Assembly (NCBI GenBank): GCA_040753155.1
Contig: JBFMEU010000003.1
Span: 5,045 to 69,044, forward strand
Direction of reading: 5' to 3'
DNA: 64,000 bases
From: Bacillota bacterium
Lineage (GTDB): Bacteria > Bacillota > Desulfotomaculia > Desulfotomaculales > JBFMEU01
A program made the position numbers and the translations under genes. Under the pieces are notes generated by a model. That model made no database searches and was not told the DNA's origin. It saw only the letters and a program-made list of their open reading frames with translations. The number at the start of each line of letters is the position of its first letter. The stretch's first letter is position 1. Positions 18,320-25,405 of the stretch are shown one piece after another.

Positions 18320-18545
18320 ACGTCGAAGTGGTATATAACCTTAAACCGCACAGGTCTGTATCGTAAAGCTAAAGAGCCTACGGAACTGGAGGTTAAGATT
18401 AAGCACCTGATCGACAGAATACACACAAAGCATCCATTTAAAGGAGCCAGGCGCATCAGGGATGACATCAATGCCATGAATTTGGGCTTTAAGGTAAATC
18501 GCAAGCGTATCCAGCGCTATATGAGGGATATGGGCATTCAGGTCT
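18320..18545 (+). pseudogene. IS3-family transposase (OrfB N-terminal) fragment
   Basis: ...EVKIKHLIDRIHTKHPFKGARRIRDDINAMNLGFKVNRKRIQRYMRDMGIQ matches the HTH_21 region of IS3 OrfB. No DDE (rve) domain follows. Confidence 0.7.
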
Positions 18546-18661
18546 TCTGCCCGGGCCCGTTACACGAGGTACCTGTCCCCCTGTCCCTGTCCCCCCCTAG
18601 CTTGTTGTGTTGCGTGTCACAATTGTATATAATAAAGTATATCGACTTTGGAGGTGAAAAA

Positions 18662-18949
18662 ATGAAATTTATAACGATAAGGGATCTAAAATTTAAATCA
18701 CCAGAAGTCTGGCGCCGGTTGGAAGCAGAAAAAGATCTGGTTGTCACGTCCAACGGAAGACCGATTGCCATTTTAACAGGTATAAACGAAAACAACCTGG
18801 AAGAGTCACTGGCGGCTTTACGCCGCAGTCGAGCTGTCTTAGCAGTGAATAAACTCCAGTTGCAGTCGGTAGAAAAGGGTAAGGACAAGTTTTCAATGGA
18901 CGAAATCGAGACGGAAATAGATGAAGTACGCCGGGGCCGTAGTATATGA
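18662..18949 (+). CDS. Phd/YefM-type antitoxin
   Basis: MKFITIRDLKFKSPEVWRRLEAEKDLVVTSNGRPIAILTG. GGAGGTG lies 7 nt upstream of the ATG at 18662. The ORF track fuses it in frame to the IS3 fragment. Confidence 0.8.
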   Translation: MKFITIRDLKFKSPEVWRRLEAEKDLVVTSNGRPIAILTGINENNLEESLAALRRSRAVLAVNKLQLQSVEKGKDKFSMDEIETEIDEVRRGRSI

Positions 18950-19356
18950 AGATAGTGCTCGATACAAATGTTCTGATTTCGGGTCTCTTAAAGCCTTTTA
19001 GTACTTCCGGCTTGATCGTTAGGCAGGTTGCTGAAGGAACGATCAAGATAGTATTTGATTCTCGTATTCTGGCGGAGTATCGGGAAGTATTGAGAAGGGA
19101 AAAATTTGATTTTGACACTGAATTAGTCGATATACTGTTAAACCAGATCGAAACGGAAGGGCTATTAGTTTCAGGAAAACCAATTAAAAATAAGCTTCCC
19201 GACCCAAATGACGGCCCTTTTTTGGAAGTAGCACTTGCTATGGAAAGAATCATTATTGTTACTGGAAATAAAAAACACTTTCCTGAAGTTTGTGGCAAGA
19301 TTATCGTTATGGACCCAACGCAGTTTATTGATTATCTGTCCGAACATTGTGACTAA
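18946..19356 (+). CDS. PIN-domain toxin (VapC-like)
   Basis: MKIVLDTNVLISGLL...PDPNDGPFLEVA...IVTGNKKHF. Its ATGA overlaps the antitoxin stop. Confidence 0.85.
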   Translation: MKIVLDTNVLISGLLKPFSTSGLIVRQVAEGTIKIVFDSRILAEYREVLRREKFDFDTELVDILLNQIETEGLLVSGKPIKNKLPDPNDGPFLEVALAMERIIIVTGNKKHFPEVCGKIIVMDPTQFIDYLSEHCD

Positions 19357-19401
19357 CCCAAACTATGTGATATTCGTACTGGAAAGACCGGGCCGCGCAT
19401 C

Positions 19402-19700
19402 TTGAGGCTGAGAATGCAGACTTGGTGGCCTGAAGCAAACCGGCATTGTCCACAATGTGGTTTACCGTATGATCCATTTCCAGGCGACGAGACCTCGGAA
19501 GAAATCGACTGGCAAGTAAAAGCGGAACGGGTAGTACATAGACGCAAACGCTATCACAAAACCTGCCGGTGTCTTGGAGTTCAGACTATCATTACTGCTC
19601 CCCCGCCTCCCAAAGTTATTGCCAAAGGACTATTTACTGCCGGTTGCATTGCCCGTCTATTAATAGAGAAGTACGTACTGGGCTTGTCATGGATCCTTCC
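19402..19700 (+). pseudogene. IS66-family transposase fragment (zinc-ribbon / N-terminal region only)
   Basis: CPQCGLPY..EEIDWQVKAERVVHRRKRYHKTCRC..TIITAPPPPKVIAKGLFTAGCIARLLIEKYV matches the IS66 Tnp N-region. The catalytic domain is absent. Confidence 0.7.
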
Positions 19701-19750
19701 CGCAGCGCCGACGTACCCAAGAGGTTCTTCGGTTTAACAGGGCCCGGCGT

Positions 19751-19778
19751 ATTCAACTCCTGACTCCTGAGTAGTTAC
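19751..19778 (+). repeat. Family C element, right-terminus fragment (C1)
   Basis: ATTCAACTCCTGACTCCTGAGTAGTTAC matches the right TIR of C2, C4 and C5. It abuts the AT-rich cassette. Confidence 0.75.
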
Positions 19779-19779
19779 A

Positions 19780-20160
19780 TTATAACACCTCTAGTTCGTA
19801 TCTATCATAGAAAACATTGTGTCTCATGAACTGTTGTGGTGCAAAGAAAAATAAGTATTCTCTGTCTACATCACTTGAAAAGAACGGAACTTCCAGGTAT
19901 AATTCTTCTGATTTGAACCATTTGTTCATATATTGTGAACCTATAAATTTATAGTCTAATATTGCGGCAAGTTGCACTAATCTCTTATATTCAATTTCAG
20001 AGTATTCTTCTTTCTTTTTTACTTCATAATTATATAAGTCAGCATATTTTTCAAAGTCATTATATTTTATCGCATGAAGTAACTCACTTATTTTTAAGTT
20101 GAATATTTCCAAGTTATCTAGCTTAATTATATCCTCCATGATTAATTTATTATTTAACAT
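19780..20160 (-). CDS. hypothetical protein (126 aa), second gene of the AT-rich cassette
   Basis: Its ATG lies 1 nt after the TAG of the upstream gene (TAG-C-ATG). AT-rich codon usage. No recognisable motif. Confidence 0.5.
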   Translation of the reverse strand: MLNNKLIMEDIIKLDNLEIFNLKISELLHAIKYNDFEKYADLYNYEVKKKEEYSEIEYKRLVQLAAILDYKFIGSQYMNKWFKSEELYLEVPFFSSDVDREYLFFFAPQQFMRHNVFYDRYELEVL

Positions 20161-20161
20161 G

Positions 20162-20731
20162 CTAACACCCTCTCTCGTATAGTTCTTTTAATTTCTCGAT
20201 TACTGCCCTTCTAAAGCGTCCTATTATATTACCATGCGACTTGTTTCTTTCCCTGATTTTATTAAGTATAAAATACTGTTTTAATATTATGTCCAACTGC
20301 ATTTCATTAGTAATTCCAATCTTTTTTGCTAACATTACAGCATCATTTAAGTCTTTAGACATTCTTGCTGAATACAACTTCATAGCCAGCAACTGGTCAA
20401 TTCTAGGAAAATTAATCATCATGTTAGTTAACCCTAAATTAATTAATGTCAGGTCCTCTTTTATCATATCTTGAAAAACAACGTCTTTTACTGCTGAATT
20501 TAGCCAGTTCCCTTCTATTTTACGTCTCTTAGATACTAATTTTATAGCATCTTCAACTTCTTCTTCTGACTGCATAAATACCGCGTCTATATCCTCTGTT
20601 GCATATCTTAATGCATAAGCGCACATTACAAAACCACCATAAATGTTAAGTGTTACATACTTATTTTTTGCTTTAAATACATCGTTTAGCTCTTTTAATA
20701 GTTCTAGCAACTGATTATATGTATATTGCAT
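20162..20731 (-). CDS. putative nucleotidyltransferase (DUF6036/AbiEii-like minimal NTase fold)
   Basis: 189 aa. Motifs LNIYGGFVMCAYALRYATEDIDAVF (GG-x9-R-x-T-x-DID), WLN, LLAMKLYSARMSKDLNDA. The assignment is from memory of the family pattern. Confidence 0.55.
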   Translation of the reverse strand: MQYTYNQLLELLKELNDVFKAKNKYVTLNIYGGFVMCAYALRYATEDIDAVFMQSEEEVEDAIKLVSKRRKIEGNWLNSAVKDVVFQDMIKEDLTLINLGLTNMMINFPRIDQLLAMKLYSARMSKDLNDAVMLAKKIGITNEMQLDIILKQYFILNKIRERNKSHGNIIGRFRRAVIEKLKELYERGC

Positions 20732-20814
20732 TTAATCCCACACCCCCAATTATTTGTTTTCTCTTTTTCCCTTGATTTAATTAATTCTAGATGTTTTTGC
20801 TCCATAATACAAGA

Positions 20815-20856
20815 AATAAAAAAGGTATTGTCCTTAAAATTATTAAGGATAATACC
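20815..20856 (-). terminator. bidirectional terminator downstream of ppdK
   Basis: GGTATTGTCCTTAA-AATTA-TTAAGGATAATACC, flanked by an A-run (20817-20823) and a T-rich run (20857-20869). Confidence 0.7.
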
Positions 20857-20920
20857 CTTTCTTTATTTTCTCTCAAACCTTTGATATAAAGCTTTGGGGT
20901 TAACCAACCTATTTTAAGCC

Positions 20921-23578
20921 TTACTTCGATTGGTCTTTGTTGATTACAGCGGCCTGGGCGGCCGCCAGCCTGGCTATGGGTACCCGGTACGGCGAGCAGC
21001 TTACATAATCCAGTCCTATCAGGTGGCAAAACTCAATGGAGGAGGGCTCGCCGCCATGCTCGCCGCAAATCCCCACGAGCAGATCCGGCCTGGTCTGACG
21101 TCCCAGGTCCACCGCCATTTTCATAAGCTTGCCCACACCGGCCCGGTCCAGCACCACAAAGGGATTGTCCTTGATTATTTTTTTATCCAGGTAGTCGTGC
21201 ATAAACTTGGCCTCGGCGTCATCCCGGCTAAAGCCCAGGGTGGTCTGGGTCAGGTCGTTGGTGCCGAAGGAGAAGAAATCCGCCTCTTTGGCCACCTCGT
21301 CGGCCAGCAGGGCCGCCCTTGGCACTTCGATCATGGTGCCCACCAGATACTCCAGCTCAACCCCCGTCTCCTGCTGCACTTCCTCCGCCACACCCACCAC
21401 CGTCCGGCGCAGGTAGGCCAGCTCATTGACATCTATAATCAGCGGTATCTCAACCTCCAGGACAATGTGGCAGCCCTCTTTAACCAACTGGGCAGCTGCC
21501 TGGAAAATAGCCCTGGCCTGCATGGCATATACCTCGGGATAGCTGATGCCCAGCCGGCAACCCCGGTGGCCCAGCATGGGGTTGAACTCCGACAGTGACC
21601 GCACCTTTTTCAATAATTCTTCCTTACCATGCAGGGTATTAGCATCGCCGCCGGTGAGGCGCAGTCTGGTGATTTCCACCATCAATTCCTCGGCGTTGGG
21701 CAAAAACTCGTGCAGGGGCGGGTCAAGAAGGCGAATGGTTACCGGCAGTCCCTGCATGGCCTTGAGAATGCCATAAAAGTCACCCTGTTGCATGGGCAGC
21801 AGTTTGGCCAGGGCAACTTCCCGCTCCTCCAGACCGCCGGCTAAAATCATCTCCTGCACTAGGGGCAGGCGGTCCTGGGCCATAAACATGTGCTCGGTGC
21901 GCACCAGGCCAATGCCCTCGGCCCCGAATTCCCTGGCCTTGGCGGAATCCTCCGGCGTGTCGGCATTGGTACGCACGCCCAGGGTGCGAATTTCATCGGC
22001 CCATACCAGCAGATGCAGCAGTTCGGGGCTTAGCTCCGGCTCAATCATGGGCACCTCGCCCACTATTACGCTGCCGCTGCCGCCGTCAATGGAAATAAGG
22101 TCTCCTTTTTTTATGATCAAATCGCCAACTGTAAACAGCTGTCTGTCGTAATCGATGCGGATGCTCTCGCAGCCGCATACGCAGGGCTTGCCCATACCCC
22201 GGGCCACCACCGCGGCGTGGCTGGTCATCCCGCCCCGGGAGGTAAGAATACCCTCGGCGGCGACAATACCGTGGATGTCGTCGGGGGTAGTTTCCGTGCG
22301 CACCAGGATTATCTTGATCCCGTCATGAGCCATGTTTTCCGCCTCATCGGCATCAAAAACCACCACGCCGCCGGCTGCCCCCGGTGAGGCCGGCAGGCCC
22401 CTGGCGATTACATCCAATTGGGCAGCGGGATCAATGCGCCGGTGCAGCAAATTATCCAGGTGGGTGGCGTCCACCCGCAGCATGGCCTCTTCCTTACTAA
22501 TCAGCCCCTCATTTACCATATCCACCGCGATTTTGATGGCGGCCTGGGCGGTGCGCTTGCCGTTCCTGGTCTGAAGCATGTAAAGCCGGCCCCGCTCGAT
22601 GGTAAACTCAATATCCTGCATATTCCGGTAGTGTTTCTCCAGCAGCTGGCAAGTTTCCGCAAACTGGCGGTAAACCTCCGGCATTTCACCGGCCAGGGTG
22701 GCGATGGGCTGGGGCGTCCGGATTCCGGCCACCACATCCTCCCCCTGGGCGTTAATCAGGTATTCACCGTACAGTACCGGCGCCCCGGTGGACGGGTCCC
22801 GGGTAAAGGCGACACCGGTTCCGGAGTCATTGCCCATGTTGCCGAACACCATGGTTTGGATGTTCACGGCCGTGCCCAGGTCGTCGGGAATCTTGTTCAC
22901 CCGGCGGTAAACAATGGCCCGGTCACTGTCCCAGGAATTAAACACCGCATAAATGGCGCTGAAAAGCTGTTCCATGGGGTCCTGGGGGAAAGATTTGCCG
23001 GTTTCCCTTTCAATCAGGAACTTATAATCCCTGATCACGGCGCGCCAGTCTTTATCAGTCAACTGGCTATCAAAATCAACACCGCTTTTATTCTTCTGAC
23101 CCTCCAGGATCCGCTCAAACTTGTGGTGCTCAATGCCCAGCACCACGTCACCAAACATGTTCAAAAAGCGGCGGTAACAATCCAGGGCAAAGCGGTAATC
23201 GCCTGTTTCCACGGCCACGCCTTCCATTGTCGCGTCATTCAACCCCAGATTCAGGACTGTGTCCATCATCCCGGGCATGGAGATGGCCGCCCCGGAGCGA
23301 ACGCTTACCAGCAGCGGCCGTTCCGGGTCACCAAACTTCTTGCCTGTCTTTTGCTCCAGAGCCCGCATAACTTCTCTTACCTGGTCTTCCATGCCGGCGG
23401 GGAATTGCCTGTCCTGAACGTAGAACTCGTTGCAGGCCTCGGTGGTTACAATAAATCCCGGCGGAACGGTCAAGCCGATGTTGGTCATTTCTGCCAGATT
23501 GGCGCCCTTGCCCCCCAGCAGTCCCTTCATTTCAGCACTGCCTTCCTCAAACAGATAAACGTATTTTTGATCAGCCAT
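20921..23578 (-). CDS. ppdK: pyruvate, phosphate dikinase
   Basis: Starts MADQKYVYLFEEGSAEMKGLLGGKGANLAEM. Catalytic His region GGMTSHAAVVARG. PEP-utilizer C-terminus. The ATG at 23578 overlaps the upstream stop by 8 nt. The ORF-track start at 23629 is an over-extension. Confidence 0.97.
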   Translation of the reverse strand: MADQKYVYLFEEGSAEMKGLLGGKGANLAEMTNIGLTVPPGFIVTTEACNEFYVQDRQFPAGMEDQVREVMRALEQKTGKKFGDPERPLLVSVRSGAAISMPGMMDTVLNLGLNDATMEGVAVETGDYRFALDCYRRFLNMFGDVVLGIEHHKFERILEGQKNKSGVDFDSQLTDKDWRAVIRDYKFLIERETGKSFPQDPMEQLFSAIYAVFNSWDSDRAIVYRRVNKIPDDLGTAVNIQTMVFGNMGNDSGTGVAFTRDPSTGAPVLYGEYLINAQGEDVVAGIRTPQPIATLAGEMPEVYRQFAETCQLLEKHYRNMQDIEFTIERGRLYMLQTRNGKRTAQAAIKIAVDMVNEGLISKEEAMLRVDATHLDNLLHRRIDPAAQLDVIARGLPASPGAAGGVVVFDADEAENMAHDGIKIILVRTETTPDDIHGIVAAEGILTSRGGMTSHAAVVARGMGKPCVCGCESIRIDYDRQLFTVGDLIIKKGDLISIDGGSGSVIVGEVPMIEPELSPELLHLLVWADEIRTLGVRTNADTPEDSAKAREFGAEGIGLVRTEHMFMAQDRLPLVQEMILAGGLEEREVALAKLLPMQQGDFYGILKAMQGLPVTIRLLDPPLHEFLPNAEELMVEITRLRLTGGDANTLHGKEELLKKVRSLSEFNPMLGHRGCRLGISYPEVYAMQARAIFQAAAQLVKEGCHIVLEVEIPLIIDVNELAYLRRTVVGVAEEVQQETGVELEYLVGTMIEVPRAALLADEVAKEADFFSFGTNDLTQTTLGFSRDDAEAKFMHDYLDKKIIKDNPFVVLDRAGVGKLMKMAVDLGRQTRPDLLVGICGEHGGEPSSIEFCHLIGLDYVSCSPYRVPIARLAAAQAAVINKDQSK

Positions 23579-24401
23579 TCCTTTCCCCCCTGTAGTATAT
23601 TTCCAGAACCCGGCTGGCCGTTTCCTCAACCGCCTTGTTGCTAACGTCGATTATTGAGCAGCCGGCCCTGTGCATGATTCCGTGGGCGTAGTCCAGTTCT
23701 TTGAGAATCCTTTCCATGCTGGCATAGTCGGCATTGGAGGTAAGCCCCAGGGTCTTCAGTCGCTCCCGTCTGATTTCATTCAGCTGCTGGGGCTTGATGG
23801 TCAAGCCGATAATGCGGTGGGACGACAGGCCGTAGATTTCCTCCGGCGGTGAAACCTCGGGCACCAACGGCACATTGGCCGCCTTGACCCGCTTATGGGC
23901 CAAATACATGCACAAGGGTGTCTTGGAGGTGCGGCTAACCCCGATAACTACCAGATCCGCCCTCAGAATGCCCCGGGGATCCTTGCCGTCATCGTATTTG
24001 ACCGCGAACTCAATGGCCTCCACCTTGCGAAAATACTCCTGGTCCATCTTCCTGACCAGACCCGGCTCCAGTTTCGGCGGCCGGCCTTCCAGATTGGTCA
24101 GGGCATCCAGCATGGGGGTCATGATGTCCACCGTGGGGATGTCCCGCTTTGTAGCCTCTTTGATTAAAGCCTCCCTGAGTTCCGGCAGCACCAGGGTATA
24201 GGCAATCAAAGCTTTAAATTTTCCTGCCTCCTCAAGGAGTTCCGTTATTTCTTCCGGGCTGTTGACATAGGGTACCCGCCGGATGTCTATCCCGCCGTGG
24301 TTAAATTGGCTGGCCGCGGCCCTGGCAACCAGTTCGGCGGTTTCTCCAATGGAATCAGAAATAATGAATATAACAGGCCGGTTTTTATCTATGTGAATAA
24401 T
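23571..24401 (-). CDS. pyruvate,phosphate dikinase regulatory protein (PDRP, kinase/pyrophosphorylase, YqfL-like); non-canonical start
   Basis: The conserved N-terminus PVIFIISDSIGETAELVARAAASQF lies upstream of the first canonical start (TTG 24209). There is an in-frame stop at 24429-24431. AAGGAGG (24416-24410) lies 8 nt before ATT at 24401. Confidence 0.8.
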   Translation of the reverse strand: MIHIDKNRPVIFIISDSIGETAELVARAAASQFNHGGIDIRRVPYVNSPEEITELLEEAGKFKALIAYTLVLPELREALIKEATKRDIPTVDIMTPMLDALTNLEGRPPKLEPGLVRKMDQEYFRKVEAIEFAVKYDDGKDPRGILRADLVVIGVSRTSKTPLCMYLAHKRVKAANVPLVPEVSPPEEIYGLSSHRIIGLTIKPQQLNEIRRERLKTLGLTSNADYASMERILKELDYAHGIMHRAGCSIIDVSNKAVEETASRVLEIYYRGERNG

Positions 24402-24414
24402 GGGTAACCCCTCC

Positions 24415-25050
24415 TTAACTACCTTCCCCTAACTCCACAAACAGCCTGGTGATATTGGTCTTGCTCAGGCGCCCGACAACCTCCGGGCCGGCATCACTGC
24501 CGCCTTCCAGGGGCCTGACCACAGGCATGGCGTCTATTTCGTGGGTTATCAGCTTGCGGGCCGCCAGCCAGACGGATTCCCCCGGACTGACCGTGATTAC
24601 GTTGGGCATCCGGGTCATAAACACCCCCACCGGCAGCTTGTGAATATCCTGACCGCCCAGGGTTGATTTTAAAAAGTCTTTCCTGGAAATAACGCCTTCC
24701 AGGATGCCGCCCTCACTGACCACAAAAAGGGTGCCGACATCTTCAATAAACATGTTTACGATAGCATCATAAACCGAGCACTGCTCCGGCACTACAATGG
24801 GTACAGACTTAATCTCCCCCACCGTAACCCGGTGCAGCTTTTCTGCAAAAACCCGGCCGGTCGTCTTGCCGCTATAGAAATACCCCACCCGGGGCCGGGC
24901 TTCCAGCAAGCCGGACATGGTTAAGATGGCCATATCCGGCCTCAGAGTGGCCCTGGTCAGATTCAGGCGCTCAGCCACCTGCTCCCCTGTAATCGGCCCC
25001 TCTTTTTTTACAATGTCCAGAATTATCTCCTGCCTCCTGGTAAGTTCCAA
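24415..25050 (-). CDS. ccpN: CBS-domain transcriptional repressor CcpN
   Basis: N-terminal wHTH MELTRRQEIILDIVKKEGPITGEQVAERLNLTRATLRPDMAILT plus two CBS domains. The conserved ccpN-yqfL arrangement is present. Confidence 0.85.
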   Translation of the reverse strand: MELTRRQEIILDIVKKEGPITGEQVAERLNLTRATLRPDMAILTMSGLLEARPRVGYFYSGKTTGRVFAEKLHRVTVGEIKSVPIVVPEQCSVYDAIVNMFIEDVGTLFVVSEGGILEGVISRKDFLKSTLGGQDIHKLPVGVFMTRMPNVITVSPGESVWLAARKLITHEIDAMPVVRPLEGGSDAGPEVVGRLSKTNITRLFVELGEGS

Positions 25051-25162
25051 ATTTATCGCCCCTCACAGAGCATATATGATATACTATTTGCCAATTGCAG
25101 TTTAATAATATATATTATATGCCCGTTCAAAATTCCCTCCTTAGCCAAAAAATAATTTTTTA

Positions 25163-25368
25163 GTTACTATTCAGGTATTCAGAATTCAGGAGTCAGGAGT
25201 CAGAATGCCCTGAGAATATGCTTCCAGCAATTAGAGAAGTTTTGTTTCGTAAATATCACCGTATCCAAGATCCTTCGTAAGTATCAAGTAATATCAGCAT
25301 TCTTCAACAGAACCTTGGTTTTCTCATTCTGACTTCTGACTTCTGGCTCCTGACTCCTGAGTAGTTAT
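25163..25368 (+). mobile_element. Family C non-autonomous element C2 (internally deleted four-helix-bundle gene), TSD ATTTTTTA
   Basis: Left end is GTTACTATTCAGG..TCAGGAGTCAGGAGTCAGAAT. Right end is ATTCTGACTTCTGAC..CTCCTGAGTAGTTAT. An 8-bp direct repeat sits at 25155-25162 and 25369-25376. On the minus strand the interior reads ...GSVEEC*YYLILTKDLGYGDIYETKLL. Confidence 0.9.
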
Positions 25369-25405
25369 ATTTTTTATTTTAATTGATATATCTCTATGTC
25401 TGGCT

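Noticed and set aside
18305-18949. A single 214-aa ORF.
   Set aside because: It is an in-frame chimera of an IS3 transposase relic and a separate Phd/YefM antitoxin that has its own RBS and ATG at 18662.
22418-23644. Long plus-strand ORFs antisense to real genes. Examples: 408 aa opposite ppdK, 431 aa at 51984-53279 opposite the chaperonin, 372 aa at 47505-48623 opposite dnaJ, 366 aa at 38233-39333, 363 aa at 49972-51063, 355 aa at 55306-56373.
   Set aside because: These are shadow ORFs, typical of GC-rich coding DNA. Their sequences are low-complexity and rich in Gly, Pro, Arg, His and Gln. They have no RBS or recognisable motifs, and the opposite strand encodes unmistakable housekeeping proteins.
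25160-25372. Tandem heptamers TCAGGAG/CTCCTGA, considered as a CRISPR array or microsatellite.
   Set aside because: The repeat units are 7 nt with no spacers. They form the inverted termini of the Family C elements. No CRISPR-like 24-40-nt repeat-spacer periodicity occurs anywhere in the window.
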